DNA of 64,000 bases from Candidatus Omnitrophota bacterium. GTDB taxonomy: Bacteria; Omnitrophota; Gorgyraeia; Duberdicusellales; 4484-171. This document shows, in pieces, positions 46,281-54,302 of the stretch; position 1 is the stretch's first letter; the number at the start of each line of letters is the position of its first letter. The notes under the pieces are model-generated. The model was not told where the DNA came from. It saw only the letters and a program-made list of their open reading frames with translations, and did not search any database. A program made the position numbers and the translations under genes. The stretch covers positions 174,261-238,260 of the forward strand of contig JBAZGN010000002.1 in assembly GCA_041652815.1 (NCBI GenBank). Direction: 5' to 3'.

Positions 46281-47870
46281 ATGTTAAGGCTAAGCAAAAA
46301 TACCGCTAAATTATTAAAAATTTTCCTTAAGTATCCGGACGAGTCTTTTTATATACAACAATTGGGAAGGATTTTGAAGAAGAAACCAGGAGTTTTCCAG
46401 AGGACTCTTTATAATATGGAAGAAGAGAGTATTCTCAAAAGTGAATATAAGGCAAATGCCAGATTTTTTAAAATTAACAAAGAATATCGTTTTTATCAGG
46501 AAATAAAAAGCATTATTTCTAAAACTGCATGCATCATCATAATCTTTGCAGGTTTATTTTTTTCCGGCCTTAGCAAAGGCTCATGTGAAGATCCGGCTGG
46601 CAACATTGTTATCTTATCTTCGCTTAAGGACGCCCTCATTGTTGGTTTCAAGAACAACAAAATTATTCAAATCCAAGGCAAAGAAGTGGAAGCCGCTAAA
46701 GCCGATATTTTAGGCGCAAGAAGCGAATTCCTGCCATCGCTAGATTTCGACGCGGGCTACACGCATAACGGAGCAGTTCTTCCGCAAACAAGTTCTACTT
46801 CCTCAAAAAAAGACCCAGGAATATTCACCGGTTATAAAAATAATAATTCCACGGGGCTTTCACTAAACCAGATAGTTTATAACGGCGGTGCTAATGTCGC
46901 TAATTTAAAAGAAAAACAATTGGCAATGTCAGAGCAGGAAGAGACTTTGCGGGCTGTCAAATTAAACGTGGAATTAGAAACAAAGAGGCTGTATTACGGG
47001 CTTTTGCTTGCCTATGAAACAAAAGCAATTGCTGAAGATTTAGTTAAACAAGCCCAGGCTCATTATGAACATGTGAAAAAGAGTTTTGAGCAGGGCACTG
47101 CTTCCAGGTTCGATGTTTTACAGTCAAAAGTCCAGGTATCATTGCTTATGCCGGAATTAATTAATGCAATTAACACCATTGATTTGATTATGGCTGAATT
47201 GAATAAAACACTCGGCTTAAAAGTGCAGGAAATTATTGAAGTGCAGGATGAGCTAAACTATTCTCCCGTAGAAATTAAGGAGGGAGAATTTTTAAGGCAG
47301 GCTTATTTGAATAAGCCTGAAATGATTATACAATCATTGGGGATTGATATAAATAAATGGGCGATTAAATTTGCTAAATCAGGGTGGTTGCCGCAAGTTA
47401 ATGCCGGCGCTGATTATAATTATGCGTCGAATAATTTAAATAATATGTTTAACAGCCGGCATAATAATTGGAACGTGGGCGTTGCGCTTAATTTTGCTAT
47501 TTTCGATGGTTTTGCCACTAAAGCAAAAGTAGAAGCTGCCCGTGCACGTTATGCCCAGTCGTTAATCAGCAAGGAAAATGTCGCGGATGAAATAGCAGTA
47601 AGCGTACGACAGGCGTGTTTAGACTTACGCCAGGCGCAGGCGATTATTGATTCCCAGAAGGATAATCTGGAAGACGCCAAAGAAGCTTTAATGATTGCCG
47701 AGGTGCGTTTCGATAATGGCGTGGGGATTAATTTAGATGTTTTAGACGCACAAGTTGCTTTAGCACAGGTTAGGCAGAATCTTGCCAATGGTATTTATGA
47801 TTATATTATGGCAAAAGCAAACTTAGACAGAAATATGGGCGTGGAATATTTACAGCAGGTAAAAAAGTAA
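46281..47870 (+). CDS. TolC-family outer-membrane efflux protein with an anomalous N-terminal wHTH-like 85-aa extension
   Basis: C-terminal 440 aa is a clear TolC/OEP duplicated coiled-coil/beta architecture. A hydrophobic signal-like segment (CIIIIFAGLFFSGLS) has no ATG in frame. A consensus promoter lies upstream. Confidence 0.6.
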   Translation: MLRLSKNTAKLLKIFLKYPDESFYIQQLGRILKKKPGVFQRTLYNMEEESILKSEYKANARFFKINKEYRFYQEIKSIISKTACIIIIFAGLFFSGLSKGSCEDPAGNIVILSSLKDALIVGFKNNKIIQIQGKEVEAAKADILGARSEFLPSLDFDAGYTHNGAVLPQTSSTSSKKDPGIFTGYKNNNSTGLSLNQIVYNGGANVANLKEKQLAMSEQEETLRAVKLNVELETKRLYYGLLLAYETKAIAEDLVKQAQAHYEHVKKSFEQGTASRFDVLQSKVQVSLLMPELINAINTIDLIMAELNKTLGLKVQEIIEVQDELNYSPVEIKEGEFLRQAYLNKPEMIIQSLGIDINKWAIKFAKSGWLPQVNAGADYNYASNNLNNMFNSRHNNWNVGVALNFAIFDGFATKAKVEAARARYAQSLISKENVADEIAVSVRQACLDLRQAQAIIDSQKDNLEDAKEALMIAEVRFDNGVGINLDVLDAQVALAQVRQNLANGIYDYIMAKANLDRNMGVEYLQQVKK

Positions 47871-48145
47871 TCGCATTGAGGCAGTGGCTAAATTTTTAAA
47901 ACAATATTTTAGTTTTATTCTCCTTCGCCGAAAACCACTGACTTTAGTCCGGGGATGAAGGCGAAGGAGCTCCTGCGAAGCCCTACCAGCGTTTTAAATA
48001 GCAAAGGGCGAATTAGAGTGGCTTCGGAGGAATGAACCTTTGCCAAATTTTTCAAAGAAACCCCGCTATTTTAGCGGGGAGGTTCATTTAGCGCCGGTTG
48101 GGTATACAAAAAATTTGACAAATAGTTTTTAAACGGAGGAATGAT

Positions 48146-49024
48146 ATGGAAAATAAAATTCCGGTAAAACAAAAGATTTCTGATGCAGTGAAAAAAAGAA
48201 GCAAGCTCGTAATGATTGTTATCGCTATCGGTATTATAGCTTTTGCTTCGGCAATGTATGTGGGGTATGAGCGTAACGGAAACTCGAAAGTTATTAAAGT
48301 GTCAGGAAATATTGAAGGCGACGATGTCCGTATATCTTTTCGTATCGACGGCCAAATCGAAGAACTTTTAGCCGATGAAGGCATATTGCTTAAATTAGGG
48401 CAGATAGTTGCGCGGTTAAATAAAGATGAATTGAGTAAGCGGAAAGCAGAAGCAGAAGCATCCTTAAAACTTTCCCAATACCAATACAGGCTCGATTACG
48501 ACAATTACCTGCGCGCTGAGAATCTTTTTAAGGTAGGGGCTATTTCTGCCAGAGACAGAGACGCCGCCAAGACAAAAGCTGATACGGATAGGGCTGACAT
48601 AGATAAACTTCGTGCTTCTTTGGAATTGGCTAATACGCGCCTTGGGTGGGCAGATTTAGCTTCGCCGGTCAATGGTTATGTTTTGGTAAAAAGCGCTTTG
48701 CAGGGTGAGGTAGTGCAACCGGGCGCACCGGTCTTTACCGCAATTGATTTAAATAATATCTGGGTGACAGCCTACATTAACGAAACGGATTTAGCTAAAG
48801 TAAAATTAAATCAGAAAGCATACGTGAAAACAGATAGTTATTCGAATAAGAAATACGATGGCTGGGTTTCTTTTATTTCTAACCAGACCGAATTTACTCC
48901 CAAATATATTCAAACGACGGAAGAGCGCGTAAAGTATGTTTATAGAATTAAGGTAAGGGTAGATAATTCAAGTTTGGATTTAAAACCAGGAATGCCTGCA
49001 GACGCTTATATCCAGGTTAAGTAA
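48146..49024 (+). CDS. HlyD-family periplasmic adaptor (membrane fusion protein)
   Basis: N-terminal TM, coiled-coil, and a C-terminal beta-barrel/MFP pattern. Good RBS. Confidence 0.75.
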   Translation: MENKIPVKQKISDAVKKRSKLVMIVIAIGIIAFASAMYVGYERNGNSKVIKVSGNIEGDDVRISFRIDGQIEELLADEGILLKLGQIVARLNKDELSKRKAEAEASLKLSQYQYRLDYDNYLRAENLFKVGAISARDRDAAKTKADTDRADIDKLRASLELANTRLGWADLASPVNGYVLVKSALQGEVVQPGAPVFTAIDLNNIWVTAYINETDLAKVKLNQKAYVKTDSYSNKKYDGWVSFISNQTEFTPKYIQTTEERVKYVYRIKVRVDNSSLDLKPGMPADAYIQVK

Positions 49025-49030
49025 TATAGA

Positions 49031-49104
49031 AGGCAGATAACAGAAGTCAGATGACAGAGCGCAAATTTTTTCTGTCATCTGTTTTCTGACTTCTGTCGTT
49101 TGTC
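49031..49104. repeat. Family F-related palindrome (CAGATAACAGAAGTCAGATGACAGAG...CTGTCATCTGTTTTCTGACTTCTGTCG)
   Basis: Between HlyD and the first ABC ATPase. Confidence 0.6.
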
Positions 49105-49120
49105 GTCCGAGCTCTGTAAA

Positions 49121-49861
49121 ATGGTTACTATAAAAGTAGAAAATCTTACCAAAAAATTCGGGGCTTTAACTGCTCTTGATAAACTAAATCTTGAAGTGCA
49201 GGAAGGGGAAATTTTCGGTTTAGTCGGCCCTGACGGCGCAGGCAAAACGACAACGATGCGGTTATTAACAGGCATTTTGGATCCTACAGAAGGGCAAGCT
49301 TGGGTTTACAATAAGCATACGGTAAAAGAAGCGGAAAAATTAAAAGAGTATATAGCCTATATGTCTCAACGGTTTGGGCTTTATGAAGAGTTGAGCGTTA
49401 TGGAGAATATCAATTTTTACGCCGATGTTTATGGGGTCGCCAAAGAAAACCGCCATGAAGCTATTGAACGCTTACTTGGTTTTTCCGGATTACTGCCTTT
49501 CAAGCAGCGTTTTGCAGGCAAACTATCCGGAGGTATGAAGCAAAAATTAGGTTTAGCCTGCGCACTTATTCATACACCGCGCGTTCTTTTTTTGGATGAA
49601 CCTACAAACGGAGTGGATCCGGTGTCCCGAAGAGACTTTTGGAATATACTTTACGATTTACTTAAGGAAAAAGTCACAATATTCTGTTCTACTTGTTATC
49701 TTGACGAAGCTGAACGTTGTGCAAGAGTCGGCTTAATGCATAAGGGTAAACTGTTACGCTGCGATTCACCTGAGAGAATAAAAAAAGAGTGCAACGCTAA
49801 AACTCTCGAAGAAGCGTTTATTAAGATAATTAAAGAATATGAGAAAGAATCTGAAAAATAA
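49121..49861 (+). CDS. ABC transporter ATP-binding protein (YbhF-like, first cassette)
   Basis: Walker A GPDGAGKTT and LSGGMKQK. Upstream TTG start is rejected because it lies in a repeat. Confidence 0.8.
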   Translation: MVTIKVENLTKKFGALTALDKLNLEVQEGEIFGLVGPDGAGKTTTMRLLTGILDPTEGQAWVYNKHTVKEAEKLKEYIAYMSQRFGLYEELSVMENINFYADVYGVAKENRHEAIERLLGFSGLLPFKQRFAGKLSGGMKQKLGLACALIHTPRVLFLDEPTNGVDPVSRRDFWNILYDLLKEKVTIFCSTCYLDEAERCARVGLMHKGKLLRCDSPERIKKECNAKTLEEAFIKIIKEYEKESEK

Positions 49862-50003
49862 CCAAGCTCCAAGATACAATAACCAAACAATGACCAATAA
49901 TCAAATTCCAATAACCAAACGAAAAAGAACAAAACTGTTTGGTCATTGGTTATTGGATATTGGAATTTGTTTGTATCTTGTATCTTGGTTATTGGTTATT
50001 TAA
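49862..50003. repeat. Family B element, copy 3, between the two ABC ATPase genes
   Basis: ccaagatacaataaccaaac...ttggtcattggttattgg...cttgtatcttggttattggttatt. Confidence 0.8.
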
Positions 50004-50011
50004 AAACAATT

Positions 50012-50962
50012 ATGGACAATATAGCTGTAAGCGTTCAGAACCTCGAAAAAAAATTCGGGCAATTTATTGCAGTAAATAAAATTGACTTCGAAGTTAAGCA
50101 AGGCGAGATTTTTGGCTTCTTAGGCCCAAACGGAGCGGGAAAATCTACAACCATAAGGATGCTTTGCGGGATTATTCCTCCGACATCCGGAAGCGGGCAG
50201 GTAGGAGGATACGATATTACTAAGGAGCAGCGTAAGATAAAAGAGCATATAGGGTATATGTCACAAAAGTTTTCTTTATACAATGATTTAACCATTGAAG
50301 AAAATATTAATTTTTATAGTGGCATATATAAAATTCCAAAAGAGGATAAGATAGAACGTTTTAAAGAGGTAATTAATGCCGCGGGGTTGGAGGGAATGGA
50401 ATCAAACCTTACATCCACCCTTGCCGGCGGATGGAAACAACGCCTGGCGCTTGGATGCGCTCTTTTGCATAAGCCAAGAATCATATTTCTTGATGAGCCT
50501 ACTTCCGGTGTTGACCCGATAACTCGTGCTAATTTTTGGGGTATTATTAAAAAGTTAGCTGAGAATGGCGTTACTGTGTTTGTCACCACGCATTATATGG
50601 ATGAAGCTGAAAATTGTAACCGGATGGTTTTAATTTATCATGGCACAATTATCGCCAGAGGTACCCCCCAAGAGATGAAAACCAAATGCATGAAAAATGA
50701 AGTTCTTGAAATAACACTTTCTAACGCGCAAGATTGGCTTACAGCAATTAGCAAAATAGAAGGCGTAAAAGAGGCAGCGCTTTTCGGAGCAAGCATACAC
50801 GCGGTTGTCTATGACAGCAAAAAAGCTATGCCGGCAATAAAAGAATTTTTACAGAAAATTCCGTCAGGTGAATCCAGTGTGAATAAAATTCTTCCTTCAT
50901 TGGAAGATGTTTTTGTTTCCTCAATAGAAGAATATGACCGCACAGAGCCTAAAAAGAATTAA
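50012..50962 (+). CDS. ABC transporter ATP-binding protein (second cassette)
   Basis: Walker A GPNGAGKST and LAGGWKQR. Start moved to the ATG after repeat B3. Confidence 0.8.
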   Translation: MDNIAVSVQNLEKKFGQFIAVNKIDFEVKQGEIFGFLGPNGAGKSTTIRMLCGIIPPTSGSGQVGGYDITKEQRKIKEHIGYMSQKFSLYNDLTIEENINFYSGIYKIPKEDKIERFKEVINAAGLEGMESNLTSTLAGGWKQRLALGCALLHKPRIIFLDEPTSGVDPITRANFWGIIKKLAENGVTVFVTTHYMDEAENCNRMVLIYHGTIIARGTPQEMKTKCMKNEVLEITLSNAQDWLTAISKIEGVKEAALFGASIHAVVYDSKKAMPAIKEFLQKIPSGESSVNKILPSLEDVFVSSIEEYDRTEPKKN

Positions 50963-52076
50963 GGCTGTAGCCTGGAAAGAATTTGTTCAAATCAAGCGTG
51001 ACCCGCGCAGTTTGGGGCTCGCCTTAGCAATCCCTATATTTTTGTTGTTAGTTTTCGGCTACGGGCTTAGTTTGGATATTGATCATGTCCGGACCGTAGT
51101 CTGGAACCAGGATGCCACCTCAAAGCTTTCCCGCGACTTCCTGCTAAATTTTAAAAATTCAAAATATTTCAAAATAGTTAAATATACCGATAATTACCGC
51201 GATATCCAGTATATGATTGATAGCGGAGAGGTAATGATGGCTTTAGTTATACCAAAGGATTTTTCTCACTATATAGATTCCAAGCAGCCCGCTCCCTTAC
51301 AGCTTATAATCGATGGCAGTGATGCTAATACTGCTACTATTGCCAGGGGCTATGTTAGTAGTGTTGTTTCCAGTTATAATATTCAACTTATAACCAACAC
51401 TTTGGCTGATCTGGGGCTTAAGCCGACCCAGGGAATCGATGTGCGTTCCAGGATTTGGTTCAATATGGGGCTTACCAGCACCTGGTTTATTGTTCCCGGG
51501 GTTATTGCGATGATTATAATGATTATAGCCGCGCTGCTTACTTCAATTTGTATTGCCAGGGAATGGGAAAGAGGCACTATGGAGCAGTTGATTTCCACCC
51601 CGGTTAAGGCCAAGGAATTAATCATCGGTAAATTTATACCTTATTTTGCCATAGGTTTTTTTGACTTGTTAGTCGGCGTATTAATGGCAAAGTTTTTATT
51701 TAAAGTCCCGTTTAGGGGCAGCTACTTTTTGCTTTTCTTTTTAAGCGCGCTTTTCTTGACTGGAGCTTTATCCCAGGGTATATGGATTTCTGTAGTTGCC
51801 AGGACCCAATTGATGGCTAGCCAGCTGGCAACTTTAACCACAATGTTGCCGACTGTTCTTTTATCAGGATTTATTTACCCGATTTTTAATATGCCCAAAT
51901 TCATTCAGGCGATCACTTATTTTATTCCGGCGCGCTATTATATAGTTGTATTAAGGGAATTGTTTTTAAAGGGCGGCAGTTTAGAGTCTATGTGGGACGA
52001 GGCGCTTTTTCTTTTATTGTTTGCGTTTCTGATGTTTGGTTTGGCAGTGAAAAAATTTGAAAAAAAGGTAGTTTAA
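50934..52076 (+). CDS. ABC-2 family permease (YbhS/YbhR-like)
   Basis: 380 aa, N-terminal cytoplasmic segment then periplasmic loop then 5-6 TM. Overlaps the ATPase gene. Confidence 0.75.
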   Translation: MTAQSLKRIKAVAWKEFVQIKRDPRSLGLALAIPIFLLLVFGYGLSLDIDHVRTVVWNQDATSKLSRDFLLNFKNSKYFKIVKYTDNYRDIQYMIDSGEVMMALVIPKDFSHYIDSKQPAPLQLIIDGSDANTATIARGYVSSVVSSYNIQLITNTLADLGLKPTQGIDVRSRIWFNMGLTSTWFIVPGVIAMIIMIIAALLTSICIAREWERGTMEQLISTPVKAKELIIGKFIPYFAIGFFDLLVGVLMAKFLFKVPFRGSYFLLFFLSALFLTGALSQGIWISVVARTQLMASQLATLTTMLPTVLLSGFIYPIFNMPKFIQAITYFIPARYYIVVLRELFLKGGSLESMWDEALFLLLFAFLMFGLAVKKFEKKVV

Positions 52077-52081
52077 TAAAT

Positions 52082-53209
52082 ATGTTTGAAAGAGTATTAG
52101 CGATTTTAACAAAAGAATTTAAGCAGATTTTCCGTGATCCGCGGATGAAAACAGTTATTTTTGTTACTCCGCTTGTGCAAATACTTCTATTCGGCTATGC
52201 TGCGAATAAAGACATAAATTATGTTCCTACCGGCATTTTAGACCGCGATAATACCGTAGAGAGCCGTGAGCTTATACGCAGGTTTATATATTCCAAATAT
52301 TTTATACCTGAACATTATATTTATACCGAGAAAGAACAAAATTCGCTTCTCGATAAGGGCAAGGTAACCGTAGTTATCCATATTGACCGCGGTTTCGGCC
52401 GCAATATCAACGCGGGAAAAGACGCTCAAGTACAGTTGGCTTTTGACGGAACAGACTCAAACACTGCCATGATTGTTATGGGTTATGCTAATACAATTGT
52501 CAGTGAATTCCAATATGATTTGATGAAACAAAAGGCCATTGCCTTAGGGGAAATAGTCGCCATACCAAATGTTGACCTGAAAGACCGCGCATGGTTTAAT
52601 GGTAACCTTATTTCAAGGAATTATTATCTTCCCGGAGTTATTGCAACTATCGTGACGATGATGTCCCTTTTATTAACCGCAATGGCTATAGTAAAAGAAA
52701 AAGAAATCGGTACCATGGAACAGCTAATCGTAAGCCCGATAAAACCAATTGAACTTATAGTCGGCAAGCTTCTTCCTTTTGCCGTGATTGCTTTGGTGCA
52801 GATTACTTTAATTACAATTCTCGGAGTATTGTGGTTTCATGTGCCGCTGCGGGGAAATCTACTTTTATTGTTATTTTCTACATGTATATATTTGTTTACT
52901 ACGTTGGGGATAGGTTTATTTATATCTACAGTATCTTCCACCCAGCAGGAAGCAATGATGTCGGTTTTTCTTTTTTACATGCCGACAATTTTGCTCTCAG
53001 GGTTTGCTTACCCTATTGCCAATATGCCGGTAGTTATTCAATATTCCACGTTTTTAAATCCGCTGCGGTATTTTATGGTGGTGATAAGGGGTATTTTCTT
53101 GAAAGGAGTAGGATTGGATATTCTTTGGACGCAATTGGTCCCGTTACTTGTAATAGGTATGTTGGTTATTTCTTTTAGTACGTTTAAATTCCGTAAAAGT
53201 TTAGGTTAA
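52082..53209 (+). CDS. ABC-2 family permease (paralogous second subunit)
   Basis: 375 aa, same architecture. Confidence 0.75.
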   Translation: MFERVLAILTKEFKQIFRDPRMKTVIFVTPLVQILLFGYAANKDINYVPTGILDRDNTVESRELIRRFIYSKYFIPEHYIYTEKEQNSLLDKGKVTVVIHIDRGFGRNINAGKDAQVQLAFDGTDSNTAMIVMGYANTIVSEFQYDLMKQKAIALGEIVAIPNVDLKDRAWFNGNLISRNYYLPGVIATIVTMMSLLLTAMAIVKEKEIGTMEQLIVSPIKPIELIVGKLLPFAVIALVQITLITILGVLWFHVPLRGNLLLLLFSTCIYLFTTLGIGLFISTVSSTQQEAMMSVFLFYMPTILLSGFAYPIANMPVVIQYSTFLNPLRYFMVVIRGIFLKGVGLDILWTQLVPLLVIGMLVISFSTFKFRKSLG

Positions 53210-53214
53210 TCGAT

Positions 53215-53420
53215 ATGCTAGATACCCCGGCCTTAAGGCCAGGGATGATGTGAATCGATTACTTTCCGGGATGCCTTTATACCGTGAAAATTTTGATGGA
53301 AAATTTTCACGGAGCATCCCGGAACCTATTGGCCGCCGGCCGGAGGATAGCGAGGGCGGGGCACAGGTAAATCACAGCTTTTAGTCCAGCAGACTGAAAG
53401 CCCGGTAGGTAGCCGCGGAG
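53215..53420. repeat. Multi-hairpin block (ccccggccttaaggccaggg; ccgggatgc...gcatcccgg)
   Basis: Shares the CCTTAAGG loop motif with 39195-39380. Confidence 0.55.
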
Positions 53421-53526
53421 GTTCATTTTATTCTTTAATACACTAAGAAAGCGGCAAAAAAATTGTATTTTTATTAAGCAGAGTTATAATAAGTGCCCCC
53501 AATAATGGTTATGATAAATATGGAAC

Positions 53527-54165
53527 GTGGTTGACCAAAATAAACTACCAGTGCAAGAGCCAATATTTTTTAACCAAATAAATGTTGATTTACCTTTAGA
53601 AAATATCTATAAGCGCCTTGGTTATAGAAGTGGCGCAACAATACTTTCTAAGCCGCAGAAAAAAGAAACAGAAAAAATAATTAATGACGCTTTACCGTTT
53701 ATAGAACTCCGCGGCGGCGCGGTAATTGAACCAGTTCAGAAAAAAAATGAAATAATATCCATAGGAGGTATTTCGATAGCCAGCAGGCTTTTATGCTCTT
53801 TACTCAAAGAAAGCGATGAAGTTCTTTTGTGCGCGGCAACAGCAGGAGAAAAAATAATAAAAGAAATAAAGGAATGCGGAAAAAGTGATTTAACACGTGC
53901 AGTCATATTTGATGCCGCAGCCAGTGAGATAGTGGACGCTTGTTTTGAATGGATAATAAATTATTATAACCGGCAATTGCAAAGGATAGATAAGCGCCTT
54001 ACGGATAAACGTATCTCCTGTGGGTTTGCTGATTTTGCAATAGAAAACCAGAAAAAAATTTATGATTTGCTTAAACTTAAAAAAATCGGCATAAACATTA
54101 CGCAGCAGTTCATGCTTATTCCGGAAAAGTCAGCGACTGCGGTGTTGGGGGTAATAAATATTTAG
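53527..54165 (+). CDS. Stand-alone methionine-synthase activation (AdoMet-binding) domain-like protein
   Basis: C-terminal FMLIPEKSATAVLGV aligns with the MetH activation-domain block FAMWPGASVSGW. Directly upstream of the MetH core. Confidence 0.5.
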   Translation: MVDQNKLPVQEPIFFNQINVDLPLENIYKRLGYRSGATILSKPQKKETEKIINDALPFIELRGGAVIEPVQKKNEIISIGGISIASRLLCSLLKESDEVLLCAATAGEKIIKEIKECGKSDLTRAVIFDAAASEIVDACFEWIINYYNRQLQRIDKRLTDKRISCGFADFAIENQKKIYDLLKLKKIGINITQQFMLIPEKSATAVLGVINI

Positions 54166-54271
54166 GTTACGAATGTTACGCAGGTTACGTAGGTTACGAA
54201 GGTTACAATAAACTTACGTGTTTTAAATGTAACTTCCGTAACTTTCGTAACACCCGTAACCTTCGTAACCT
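54165..54271. repeat. Family A element, copy 3, between metH-activation gene and metH core
   Basis: Near-identical arms to copies 1 and 2. Confidence 0.85.
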
Positions 54272-54302
54272 AACTCGATAGTTATGATACATATAAGAAT
54301 CT

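Noticed and set aside
71-50011. Upstream-extended starts of ORFs 71, 8183, 35008, 33243, 44268, 43552, 49100 (TTG) and 49946
   Set aside because: The N-terminal extensions run into palindromic repeat elements and have no RBS. Internal ATGs with GGAG-type RBS were preferred.
52831-53178. 115-aa + strand ORF in an alternative frame inside the ABC-2 permease gene
   Set aside because: Overlaps a well-supported permease reading frame. Hydrophobic low-complexity translation typical of out-of-frame artefacts.
2507-54271. CRISPR array interpretation of the tandem short repeats
   Set aside because: Units are 7-9 nt direct tandems arranged as inverted arms, not 24-48 nt repeats separated by unique spacers. 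No cas genes present.
30030-54302. SAM, cobalamin or T-box riboswitches upstream of metF, metH or the metH activation gene
   Set aside because: Upstream regions are occupied by family F or A repeats. No SAM-I, B12 or T-box conserved cores recognisable.
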